NCBI RefSeq assembly: GCF_001194135.2
Contig: NC_068983.1
Coordinates: 141,216,135-141,280,134 of the forward strand
Reading direction: 5' to 3'
Length of the DNA: 64,000 nucleotides
Source: Octopus bimaculoides
Taxonomy: Eukaryota
Below, piece by piece: positions 50,391 to 61,740 of this stretch. The notes beneath the pieces were generated by a model. That model did not search any database. It was not told the origin of the DNA and saw nothing but the letters and a program-made list of their open reading frames with translations. Made by a program: the position numbers and the translations under genes. Numbering within the stretch: position 1 is the first letter of the stretch; each line of letters opens with the position of its first letter.

Positions 50391-50436
50391 AATATGCACT
50401 ATCAGAATTAGTGAATATGCACTATCAGAATTAGTG
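50391..50436. repeat. Perfect 23-bp tandem duplication
   Basis: aatatgcactatcagaattagtg twice. Confidence 0.93.
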
Positions 50437-51509
50437 AAAGAGGGAGGCTGAAGGTAGTCATATAAGATTATTTATTATTCTATGGCGGGTTAATAATTTT
50501 GGGAGGTAATGTTGTTATTAGATACTAACAAAGTTAGGTTTCTGCGAAATCGAAGAATGCAGTCTGCTTAATGTTTACATTAATTCGTTCCTTAAAAAAG
50601 AGAATCATCTAAGTTTGTAAGGGTAATTGAGTGTGAATCAATGTTCATTCAAAGACAGAATGTAATCATGTTGCCTTTCTAGATTATTTGAGAACTTCAA
50701 CTTAACCGTTAAATAAAAATTTCATTAATAAAATATATTCAAATAAAACTGCAACATTTAAATAATACTTCATTAAATAAAATAAATTATAAAAAGAATA
50801 AACTTTAGGTGCCTTAATTATAGACTGTCAATTGTAAAGCATGAATTTCGAAATAGTTAGAAAAGGTGTGTTTATAAAATTAATCAGTGTGTAGATCACA
50901 AGTAAAGAAGACGAATCATTAAAATGTGATCTAAGTCCAGCTTAGTTGTGAAAGGGTTTCTTATAATATTAAATCGTGGATAGCTTCATAACAAGTGTAA
51001 TCATTGGAAACGTAACTAAGATATTGAATTTATCTATTTGTACATGAGGTACTAATCCTTTAAGCAGCGAATTAAAAATTCCTTACGCTTAAGTGTGGAT
51101 TATATTTGAATAGTTCCAACGCCTCTACACGTATAAATTGCACTGTGAACTGCTATCATTATATGGAGGTGCGTTATCCATAGCAGACTGCGCGATAGTA
51201 TAGTTAACACTGTTTTGCTTGTTCTATATGAATTTTCTCAGCGAGGTAATGTGTTCCTTCATATTAGAAGGAAGTAATGTAATTATGGGATGTGTGTGTA
51301 TATGGAAACATATATATATGCATATATATATATATACATACATACATACATACGTACATACATACATATTTGTTTGTGTATTTTTATGTGAGTGTATGCA
51401 TGCATTGTGTATAGATATGTGTGGATATATATAAGTACAAATTTGAAACGTTGAAATCATCGTATCAATACAGCATTAGGTATGATGCAACGTAATAATA
51501 GTTCAGGCG

Positions 51510-51581
51510 TTTTACACTCTGATTTCAAATACGGGTGAGGTCAATTTTGTCTCTCATCCTTTCAGGTTAGATAAAGTACCA
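51510..51581 (+). mobile_element. Family B SINE fragment
   Basis: ctgatttcaaatacgggtgaggtcaattttgtctctcatcctttcaggttagataaagtacc resembles the family B body. Confidence 0.55.
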
Positions 51582-51678
51582 ATCTATTATAGCGTTAGAC
51601 TATTCATTTTTTTTTCTCTCATTATCTCCCCTCCTCTCGTTCTGTCCTTTTGTCCCTCTCAACTCTCTCTCTCTCTCC

Positions 51679-51725
<47 letters not shown>

Positions 51726-53500
51726 CCTCTCTCTCCTCCTCTCTCTCTCTCTCTCTATCCCTTTCTATCTATCTCTCTCTCTCCCAACATTAAGCCGTGA
51801 AAAGTATCCTGAGGAATCCTTTGCACAAAAATGATGTAGATTTCAACGAACCATTAGCGATGTCTTCCTCGAAAAAGTAATGAATGAGATGTAAATGATA
51901 TCGCTCCTAGTGGGCGTGATGTTCTACGTCACTTTATCAATCAGAATAGTGAATAGAGAAAATTGCATATATATAACGTGCTTTATAGATGATTTTGTTT
52001 CAATGCCACATATATATTCTATACATACAATATTGACTAAAGTCTCACAGATTATTCTGTTAGTCGGTATAGCATTGAAGCAAAACATTGTTAGAGTATT
52101 GATAATGTAGAAAGTGTGAATAATTGTTAGCCAGATGAACAATTGAGATATTTTGCTGAAGTTAGTGAAACATAATTACAATATTATGCAGGTATTGTAA
52201 ACTTTTCATCGTTAATCAAATAAATTATTTGACTTTATAAACTCATGACCTCTCAAATCTTCAATTATAATTACTGTAATCAATTCACATGAATATTCAA
52301 CGTTATTGGGTGTTGACACACAGAACATTAGTGGAGACCACTGATAGCCATACTGAATAAATTTTAGTGTATAAGCTTCTTTCTCTGAGTTTTAAATCTA
52401 CTCAGACTCGATTTTGCCTGTTCCCGGTAAAAATTTAGTTTATTTTATACTGTAGAGTAGTCCATGTATTCGAAATACCCACTGCCAGCAAAAAGTAATC
52501 TTTTACCAAAGAATAAAGATATTATTCTTTTTTAACGGAAAATGTCTAAAAAAAGAATTTATAAAATTTTAATTTATCTGTAATAAGTTACACATTTTTA
52601 CAAATCACTCCGAATTTTGTTATTGAAATAAGTATAAGTAAAGGGAAGCAATCCAATGCTAACCACCGTGTCTTTTTTAATTCAAGACCTCAAGAGTTAG
52701 TTTGACTGTCAGCGATTTTAATTGAAATGTCAAGAGGCTTTGGTTTATCATTTCCTGCTAACATTAAAAATTCTCAGTAATACAGTATGTAGCAAACACC
52801 CACAACCGTCCCTGAAAATCTTTAACTTACTAAAATTATTTCATCATTCTAGATCTTTTGTGTGCGAAAACAATTGACTTAGTTAAGTCAGTGGGCATAC
52901 ATATGCCATCTTCGTTCATCATGTTTCAAAATACATTGCGTAAAATGCTGGAAGATACCGATACCATTAAAGTTATAGATTCTGACATCGATAACATGTG
53001 TATTTAGCTGCTATTCAGATTTGAAAATACATGTGATTGAATTGAAAGAGTACCAATATTTATGAATGCCATGATTCAAAATACTTGATCCAATTCTCCC
53101 CCTTCCTCCTCCCCCCCCCCACACACACAGACGTCACCTCACCCTGACACATATACCGTGGAACTCAATCTGCAGTCTAAAATTTCTACATCTATAAACA
53201 CATGGTAATTTACCTCGCAGGATCTTGTGGGAAAGGTAATTAGCAAGTTATAAAATGTGGTAATAAGTAGAAATATCTACTTTTTCGTGACGTAACAGGG
53301 ATAATCATAAAACAATAGTTTTCGCCTTCTGCACAAGATGCGAATACTTTTAAGAGCCCGCAGCTGAGTGAAAGAAATGGCTAAGTCAGGGCTTGATTTG
53401 AGCTAAGAGCAAAAACTATAACTAAGTACTGTTAAGTACTTATTCTTTCATGGAATAAATCTAATCTACTGCTAATCTACCAATAATCTTTTTTTTTTCT

Positions 53501-53595
53501 TTTTGGTAGGGATACTAGTCGATTAAATCAACCCCAATGTTTTGCTGGTACTTATTTTATCGATCCCGAAAGGATGAAAGGCAAAGTGGACCACG
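53501..53595 (-). mobile_element. Family B SINE fragment
   Basis: gtcgattaaatcaaccccaatg...ctggtacttattttatcgatcccgaaaggatgaaaggcaaagtggacc. Confidence 0.78.
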
Positions 53596-54399
53596 ATAAA
53601 TCTACCAGTAATAATTTCACACAATATGACCCGTAGATACGACTACTGGCAGTGTGTATGATAGAAGGGATTTTCTTGCATATTTGTTAATTTCGAAAGA
53701 GATGAGACAATACTGTTGAATTTAGATTTAATGGAATATAGTAGAGTTTTTTTTTTCAACGCTTATTGATGTAATCATTAAAAGCCATGTATATTCTAAT
53801 GTAAAGCAAAAAATTTTAATCAGTTGTAAGGATTTAGTATGATCTGAATATATATTCATGCGAAAACAGATATCTGAAATATATAGGTATGCAAAAACTA
53901 AATAGCTTCTTAGAACTGTGTCTCTCGAAAGGATTCTCCAGGATCATGCTTTCTCAGACCAATTGCATACTACTGATTAGTTTCCTCTTGTGGTATGGGG
54001 AACAGTAAAAGCATTCTGCAAAAGCATTTTTTGAAGTTAATAAAGTAAAAAATTGTAATAAAGTTGTATCGAAATTGACGAAATGCATCAACTTTTAAAA
54101 GCATAAAGGAATAATATTTGTGATATCCAAGGTCATTTCAATGACATTAGTAAATTAATAAAAACAAAAAGAATGGTCATATTCAATTTCTAGATTAGTA
54201 AGTTCTCCTCAATGCTATAACAGAATCTAAAATATTTATAACTGTTTTCATAAATGTGATTTCATATGTATATATATAATTCAATAATAGGATAAAATCT
54301 TTTATAAGAATTTTATCAAGTAGTTAACGTGAAAAAACTCTTAAGGGGAAAAAAATCCATCATTTATTCCACTAGAATATATTTATTTATATTTATATA

Positions 54400-54691
54400 A
54401 GGGCATTACTATAGAAGAATGCCTCACGCTAAAACTACTATAATAAACACATTTTTACCGAACGCGAGGAAATATAACTCTCAAAAACTTTTGTTTATTT
54501 TTGTATATTTTGACCATACTATAATGATGATCGAAAGTTACATATTGTTGTAATAATCGTGAAATCGTTCAATATATAGTTAAGTCTGTTTTTGAGAAGC
54601 CAGTTTTTGAGAGTTGCATTTCCTCGCGTTCGGTATAAATGTGTTTATTATGGTAGTTTTAGCGTGAGGCATTCTTCTATAGTAATGCCCT
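54400..54691. mobile_element. MITE, 292 bp, 90-bp TIRs (4 mismatches), TA on both sides
   Basis: Left arm 54400-54489 and right arm 54602-54691 are reverse complements at 86/90 positions. Ends are ta|agggcattac ... gtaatgccct|ta. Confidence 0.9.
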
Positions 54692-55238
54692 TATATATAT
54701 ANNNNNNNNNNNNNNNNNNNNNNNNNNNNNNNNNNNNNNNNNNNNNNNNNNNNNNNNNNNNNNNNNNNNNNNNNNNNNNNNNNNNNNNNNNNNNNNNNNN
54801 NNNNNNNNNNNNNNNNNNNNNNNNNNNNNNNNNNNNNNNNNNNNNNNNNNNNNNNNNNNNNNNNNNNNNNNNNNNNNNNNNNNNNNNNNNNNNNNNNNNN
54901 NNNNNNNNNNNNNNNNNNNNNNNNNNNNNNNNNNNNNNNNNNNNNNNNNNNNNNNNNNNNNNNNNNNNNNNNNNNNNNNNNNNNNNNNNNNNNNNNNNNN
55001 NNNNNNNNNNNNNNNNNNNNNNNNNNNNNNNNNNNNNNNNNNNNNNNNNNNNNNNNNNNNNNNNNNNNNNNNNNNNNNNNNNNNNNNNNNNNNNNNNNNN
55101 NNNNNNNNNNNNNNNNNNNNNNNNNNNNNNNNNNNNNNNNNNNNNNNNNNNNNNNNNNNNNNNNNNNNNNNNNNNNNNNNNNNNNNNNNNNNNNNNNNNN
55201 NNNNNNNNNNNNNNNNNNNNNNNNNNNNNNNNNNNNNN

Positions 55239-55310
<72 letters not shown>

Positions 55311-55404
55311 GTGTTTGTGTGTGCGTGTATACATGTACATACATACGAACGTACATACATACATATACACACGCGCTTGCATACATATATACATACATAC
55401 ATAT

Positions 55405-55435
<31 letters not shown>

Positions 55436-56569
55436 CATACATACATACGATGTTCTTTCAGTTTTCAGGATAAGATATCGCATTTAGTTTGGCGCCATGG
55501 CCATCACCAGAAAAATTTAGGTTCTACTTGATAACCTGATTTCATTCGTATATGTAAAATATTTCTCCCGTCTGCTGGAAATTGATGGATTAAGCAAGAG
55601 AATTGCAAATGCTCACCTAATAAAAGATAGATAGGATATACAGGAATGGAATTGGCTCGGCATTTCAATCTTTCCTTTGCAAGAATTGTTTACGCAAAAC
55701 GGTGCCGAATTGTTATGCCATTGTATGGATGGCTATTATAGATACAATACACCTTCGAACGTCAACAGCTAAATTGCCATTTACCCCACAGAAGGTTCTA
55801 TAACAAAAGAAGGCGCCATGTTGTTCAACATGGTGTAGATTTAATAGCATCATATACAAAGCCATTTGTGCTAAAATACATTTAAAACATTGCAGAAACG
55901 TTCAATGGCGTCATAATTTCTTTCAGTAAGAATAGGAGTTTTATCTTCGCATTTATCACATGAGCATTCGGTAATTAGATCATGTTTCGCTGTCTTCGCT
56001 ATAGCCGTGTATTCATTGTGGCGTTGATCTTTTACATTTTTATTCTTATTTCATGTATTTTTTTAAAATTATTTTCCTTTTTCTAATTTAGTTTAGTTCA
56101 TATGTACGGATATAAAATATGCAAATATGTTTCTGTTGCTGTACGTACATATCCGCAAAGAGAAGCATAATGAATGAATGGATAAATATAACATAGCGTC
56201 TACGACACAGTAGGTATTGTTGCCATTCAGCCTTTCAACTATTTTTCTACCCATTACATCCGTATTGAAGCTATTGAGGCTTAAGTTACATTTCCGTATT
56301 GCTATTCAAATACAAAGTAGCTTTTCTGAATTTCTATACTGCATATTCTAATGCACGTTTATACGCATATAAATAAGGAAAAAACTCGTAGCACACACAC
56401 ACTAATAACGCATCGCTCCCCGATATAAAGTTATATACATATATAATGTATATTTGCGTGTGTGTTTGTATGCTTGTGGAAATATATGCAAATTCATACG
56501 TTTATATATCTAAATGTTTGTGTGAGTGAATATGTGTATGTATACACATGTATACACACACACATATAA

Positions 56570-56604
56570 ATATATATATGTGTGTGTGTATATATATAAA
56601 TATA

Positions 56605-56692
<88 letters not shown>
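56570..56692. repeat. (AT)n/(GT)n microsatellite
   Basis: Directly visible. Confidence 0.95.
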
Positions 56693-56693
<1 letters not shown>

Positions 56694-57544
56694 TCGTAGA
56701 CACATCAAAGTCATCAACCTACACATACGTAAAGACCCAACACATGTAATGACTATTATAAAGTTGCTATTGCTTGCTGTACTTTAGAATTCGACAAAGA
56801 TTAGTTGAAGAGGGAGAAGTTTAAAAGTTTACAGTATCTATATACATGGTAGGATAGAGCAGGAATGGTAGGATAGAGTAAGAATTGCAGACGTGAGCAA
56901 ATGGAAGGGGGAAATTTGCGCTTAATAGCGATTGAATACTGTATGTGTAGAGAGTGGGGGAGAAAGGGCTGGAAAAGATTATCTGCGTCGAATTTCTGGA
57001 TAGTACTGCTTGTATTTTGGATATGGATAAAATAATAAAAATGCATTCTTAAGTGAAGGCGACTTGAAACCGACTTGAAATCCCTGTATAATGGATGTCT
57101 GTAGGTTTTAGAAGATAATGGGCACCGTTTCGATGCTTTGCCACGCACCCGTCCCCATACTGATGTGAGGCCACACCTAATAAATAAATGAAAATTACTA
57201 TTTGTTAGATCAATGACTAATAATTATACCGAAACCCCTCACTAATCATTTGGTCAGAATTATTGAACCATTTGATTACGAAAAATTGTAAGATTTGATT
57301 TCAATTTAATGTTTAATATAAGATGAGTTAATGAATAAGAGGTTAAATTAATCATAATCTTATATATTTAAATCATGAATAAGTAAATGTAAATAAATAT
57401 GAGGGAAGGAACACTCTTGAGTAAAGTGAACTCTGATTTTCCTCATTCTTAGGTCGATATAATAATGTACAAGTTGGGTTGGTAGTATTGGATAATTCTT
57501 TCCTGATTTCTATTGTCTCTAAACTTCGTCCATATGCTGCCAGT

Positions 57545-58238
57545 TCCATCTTCTACTTCGCCATACTTTTTCCAAGCAATTGCTCAACATTCGATGCAAT
57601 ACCAAATAGGTTCATACATTCCATAACCCAATAATGTGGGATCATATCGTACGCCTTACGATAATCGATCCATGACATGGCTAAGTTACTTTTTCTCCTC
57701 TTGCATTCTCTAAGTACAGTTTTGTCTACCAGAAGTTGATACTTGATAGGCCTGCACTTACGCATGCAACCCTTCTCCTCATGTAGGAGGACTCCATTTT
57801 TTTCTGCGAATATTCCAGTCCATAATTTCCTCATAAGCGGCAAGCAGGATATCAGCCTGTAACTGTCTACCTTATTACCTTCTCGATGTTTTTCAAGCAC
57901 AGCACTGTCCCCAACCATTGTCAACCACTCTGGTGTTACTCGGTCGGCATTTAACAAGGTGTTCAGCTGTGCAGCTATTCGTGCATGACATTCACTAAAT
58001 CTTTTGATCCAGTAGCTTTGAACTCCATCTGGTCCCAGGGCCTTTCAGTTGCCCATTTTATGCTGATTTTCTTGACTTCCCTAACTGAAATGACTAGTTC
58101 TGCCTGTTTTGGACAGACTGTTGTTTGTTTCAGTTCTTGCAACCATTCAGCATCTTCCTTGCGCTCCTTGTCTTTGCTCCAGATGTCACTCCAAAATCTT
58201 TGACTTTCAATGTATCAACTTTTCCTCTGTATAGTCTC
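57545..58238 (-). mobile_element. R4/Dong-clade LINE RT N-terminal fragment
   Basis: FWSDIWSKDKERKEDAEWL...a frameshifted remnant of KAPGPD followed by GVQSYWIKRF...PEWLT...YRLISCLPLMRKLWTGI...QLLVDKTVLRECKRRKSNLAMSWIDYRKAYDMIPHYWVMECMNLFGIA. Confidence 0.9.
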
Positions 58239-58271
<33 letters not shown>

Positions 58272-58281
58272 CATTATTATT
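58239..58281. repeat. (ATT)n microsatellite at the junction of two elements
   Basis: Directly visible. Confidence 0.95.
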
Positions 58282-58826
58282 AAGTCAGAGCAACGCATAC
58301 TATCAAAGTGACAATGGGATGCAAATATACGAAGCCCAATATACCCATCGTGACTACCCTTCCGATGAGGATACACGAGGTACATGCATCACAGCCATAT
58401 GTGCGAGACATTGTGACCTCATATCCAGAAAAACAGCGCATGGCTTTGCAAGAGTGATTCAGTTAGAATTTACTCGAAGTCGAGTAACTCTTCCAATGCA
58501 AAATGCCCCCGAAGAAGCGTTGTTTAACGATGGTGAACTAAACGCCCATGTTTCTAGAGGTGAATTATTCAAACCCCAAACATGGCTATGATGCACCCCT
58601 GCTACTCCTCCCCGTGATCAGAGATGCTCATATAATCAGACACTAAGGAACATGCTCAACTGGTGAAGGTCAAGCAACTGACAAGCAAATATGTGGTAGT
58701 TAACAGAATATTTGTTGTAGCCCATCTTTCACACCAAGCTAAAACATGTACATGTACATGTTAACACTTCCAATTAGTTAAGACGGAAACCATGGAAGCT
58801 ACTCTCTGATATTGCATGAGGGGCAT
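58282..58826 (-). mobile_element. Putative SINE-like element with (TAA)n tail and no tRNA-like head
   Basis: Non-coding block of higher GC, sharply bounded by (ATT)n and (AGT)n. Resembles an abundant octopus repeat from memory; single copy in the window. Confidence 0.4.
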
Positions 58827-58827
58827 A

Positions 58828-58828
58828 C

Positions 58829-58892
<64 letters not shown>

Positions 58893-58917
58893 ACAGCAGC
58901 AGCAGCAGTAGCAGCAG
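58828..58917. repeat. (AGT)n grading into (AGC)n
   Basis: Directly visible. Confidence 0.95.
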
Positions 58918-58920
58918 AGC

Positions 58921-59092
58921 ACAGAGTCGATCTAGCAGAATCGTTTGCGCCTCACTTATACATTTTTTTCTGGCTATTCACATTTTCAGTCGAAATCCGC
59001 TGAAGTCAACTTTGCCTTTCATATTTTCGTGGTCGATAAAATAAAGTATCTGTCAAAGACTCGGGTTAATGTGATCGCTTATATCCTTCCCC
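58921..59092 (+). mobile_element. Diverged family B SINE
   Basis: ctagcagaatcgtt...aaatccgctgaagtcaactttgcctttcat...ggtcgataaaataaagta. Confidence 0.72.
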
Positions 59093-59479
59093 ATTTAAAT
59101 GTTGACCTTGTGCAAAAATTAGAAAGAATTGTTATTAGGCACATTATAATTGTTACTGCTGTTTATTGCCAAAACTTGACCGGTTTCAGAAGCTCCGTGA
59201 GTTTTGTATTTTGTTTTCCATTTTAGAATTCTGTTATTGTTGCTAGCATTTTTCTATCCTATTTCTTAGTTGACCAGAACCGTAAAAGACAGATCAACCG
59301 TTTTTGTTATTCGCCCTACGGAGCAGAAATTTAAAAGAGATAATTTGCATGGAAACATGACAATATAACTTCAAAATCGTATCATTTTCTTCGATGATCC
59401 AAAGAGGAAGGAAAATGGGAAGAGATTTTGAAGGTAAAATCGTCTTCTGCAGTTAACTCCTCCCACCTTCTACAATCTT

Positions 59480-59710
59480 AATAATGGCAGCAGCAATACC
59501 AATAGTAAGGGCAACAGTAAGAACAACAGGAACAACGACGAGAGTAGCAGTATCAAAGGACATTGATATGTCAAGCAAAGAAGCCTGAAAAATAACCAGC
59601 AGAAGTAAACCGTGCATTGCCAGCACCAGCACTACTACCACCACTCTAATAAGAAGCAATAATAGCATCGATAACGCTGGTTCTAACATTAGCAATAGCA
59701 TTAAAAATCC
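59480..59710. repeat. Degenerate trinucleotide (AGC/AAC/ACC) low-complexity tract
   Basis: A period-3 decayed repeat explains the V/L-rich minus ORF 59453-59740. Confidence 0.7.
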
Positions 59711-61448
59711 CCTAAAAAATGCTTCTTTTACCAAAATCACAAATGTGTTTGATATTCTCCCACTAGAGAATCAGTATAAACATTTAAAAGAGATAGAGAA
59801 ATATATAAACTCACTGGAACAGAGAAAAGTTTCCTCTTAGACGAAAAAAAAACAAAAAATTTTATATAGATGTTTATTAACGAAAGTACATAAGTTAGAG
59901 CGTATAAAATCGGAATAAGCTGAATTCTGTTTAAAGAATATATGATGACATCTAGTTTGCTGGCCATGCCCACAAATTCGGGAATATCATATTTATTTTT
60001 CACTCAGAATACCCTCTAAAGTTCTGTAACTATGCATGATACGCATTCATTCTAGACTCTAAGCGCCAAACCTGCAGTGATTCCATGAGCTATCTCGAAA
60101 GCACCCCTTCCCTACTGAAGATATACCATTCCTATCCCTATCAATAACAGTAAAATAATACTTTTCACATCAAGAAAACCATATCCTGACTCACCTCCTT
60201 TAAATAGAAGCAGCATTTAACTACTACATTTTCCATAATCATAGTTTGATATGCTAGGAATTATCCGGCAGCCATATTATATGTCGTCAACAATATTAGC
60301 ATCCGACTGTCCAGCATGGCTTACTATAAATGTTCTTTCAACGTTATTGCAAATTGTTTTCATAAAACCTTATTACGAATTAATGGTTTTAAAGAAAATA
60401 TTTATTATACCAAAGAGTGCCAACATTACAAATAAGTGCATGAATTACAAATGTAAATTATTATGCTACAATGCCCTTCTTCATTTAGGTATAGGCTAAT
60501 ATAGCTAAAAGCATTTTCATGACAATAGGAACTTTTCTCAAAACATGCGCACGTGTAAATCTTCAATAGAACATATATTAACGCCAACTAATTCAGTACT
60601 AAGAACTTCACGAGAAAGATATTTTAACGTAAACAGTAAAAATATTACCTCAACAATTTTTAACATTGGAAAACATATCTGCATCTATTGAAGAAAATAT
60701 CCTTTAATTGGAAATTACATATATAGTTCCATTATAGATTCCGAGAGGTTGCTCACAGTGACTCAACTGCCAAAATGTTTAAAGGTCTAACGGCGAGAAT
60801 CGTTCAGCTAACATATAATTAGCTTAAATATCCCTTTAATTCTCCATTCACAAAAGTGGATGCGTTTTCAAGTGTAACTGGAATGTTCAATTCGAAGCAT
60901 GCCATTTTTCTTTATATAAAATGAAAGAAACTTGAGTCTGCAATAGTCTGCAACCAACAGTGAAATATTAGTCAGTTTCGCTCAGCTGAGAAAAACCAAT
61001 GCTATTTCACAAGGCAAAACATTAGTCGTAAATCAAAATTAGTTTCGTTTTCTTGTAAAAGCCACATTTCACTCAAAAGAAAAACAAGAATGTAATTCCT
61101 CACTTTCTTCTTTTCCAGTATTGATGCTGAGAAGACAAATTCTTCTTAGTCTTAATGTTTAAATATAATTTACTTGTCGATACAGATAATATAATAATTT
61201 CGGATATATCCATCTTCGTTGACTTTTGTTTATCTGTCATCATACACCAATTATTCTGTTCATTTGACTAAATGGTGAGATCAATGAAGAATTTTCAAAC
61301 AATTCTATGAAAATCAAATTGCATAATGTTTGTGCTTAAAATCGTTTGATGAACCGAAAAGGAGGACTCTGATTAATGACTGTAGAATTCTAATTTTATA
61401 TTTATATACATATGTAAGATATATTCATAAATGAATGTAAGTATTCAT

Positions 61449-61740
61449 GTACTACATAAATTGAAAGGTTCATAGGCTGACTATACAGTTGTGATACTAG
61501 AGACGTGAAATTTTGCATGCATTAATTTCAACCCTTCTTATTAATAACTACATTGTCTCTTCTCAGGTGAACTAACATCTGACTTTTTAAAAAAGGACTT
61601 CAAAAGTAAGTAGTAGCAACTTCTTTCGAAAATCGAAATTTGGAATCGTGGTGATATCAAGCGCCTGCATAAAAGGGTTTGGCTCCCAAGGTCATTCATG
61701 GTAACATGCTTGATACATTAGGGGATAACACTCCCGAAAC
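61449..61740 (+). mobile_element. 5' fragment of a second mariner family
   Basis: IWNRGDIKRLHK / GLAPKVIHGNMLDTLGDNTP resembles the mariner transposase N-terminus (IKYLxKKGxxPKDIHADMxxTLGDDAP), preceded by a TIR-like ttgaaaggttcataggctgac. Confidence 0.68.

Noticed and set aside
57110-57160. Degraded hammerhead in a putative Penelope terminal repeat (gcatcgaaac)
   Set aside because: The CUGANGA core matches at only 4 of 7 positions, so it cannot be supported.
58770-58826. HDV-like ribozyme at the 5' end of the SINE-like element
   Set aside because: I could not build P1/P2/P3 pairings by hand.
59453-59740. Hydrophobic 95-aa ORF resembling a membrane protein
   Set aside because: Antisense translation of a decayed trinucleotide tract.
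61566-61604. 39-nt exon-like segment with gtaagt donor
   Set aside because: Lies within the mariner 5' fragment, so the signals are transposon-derived.
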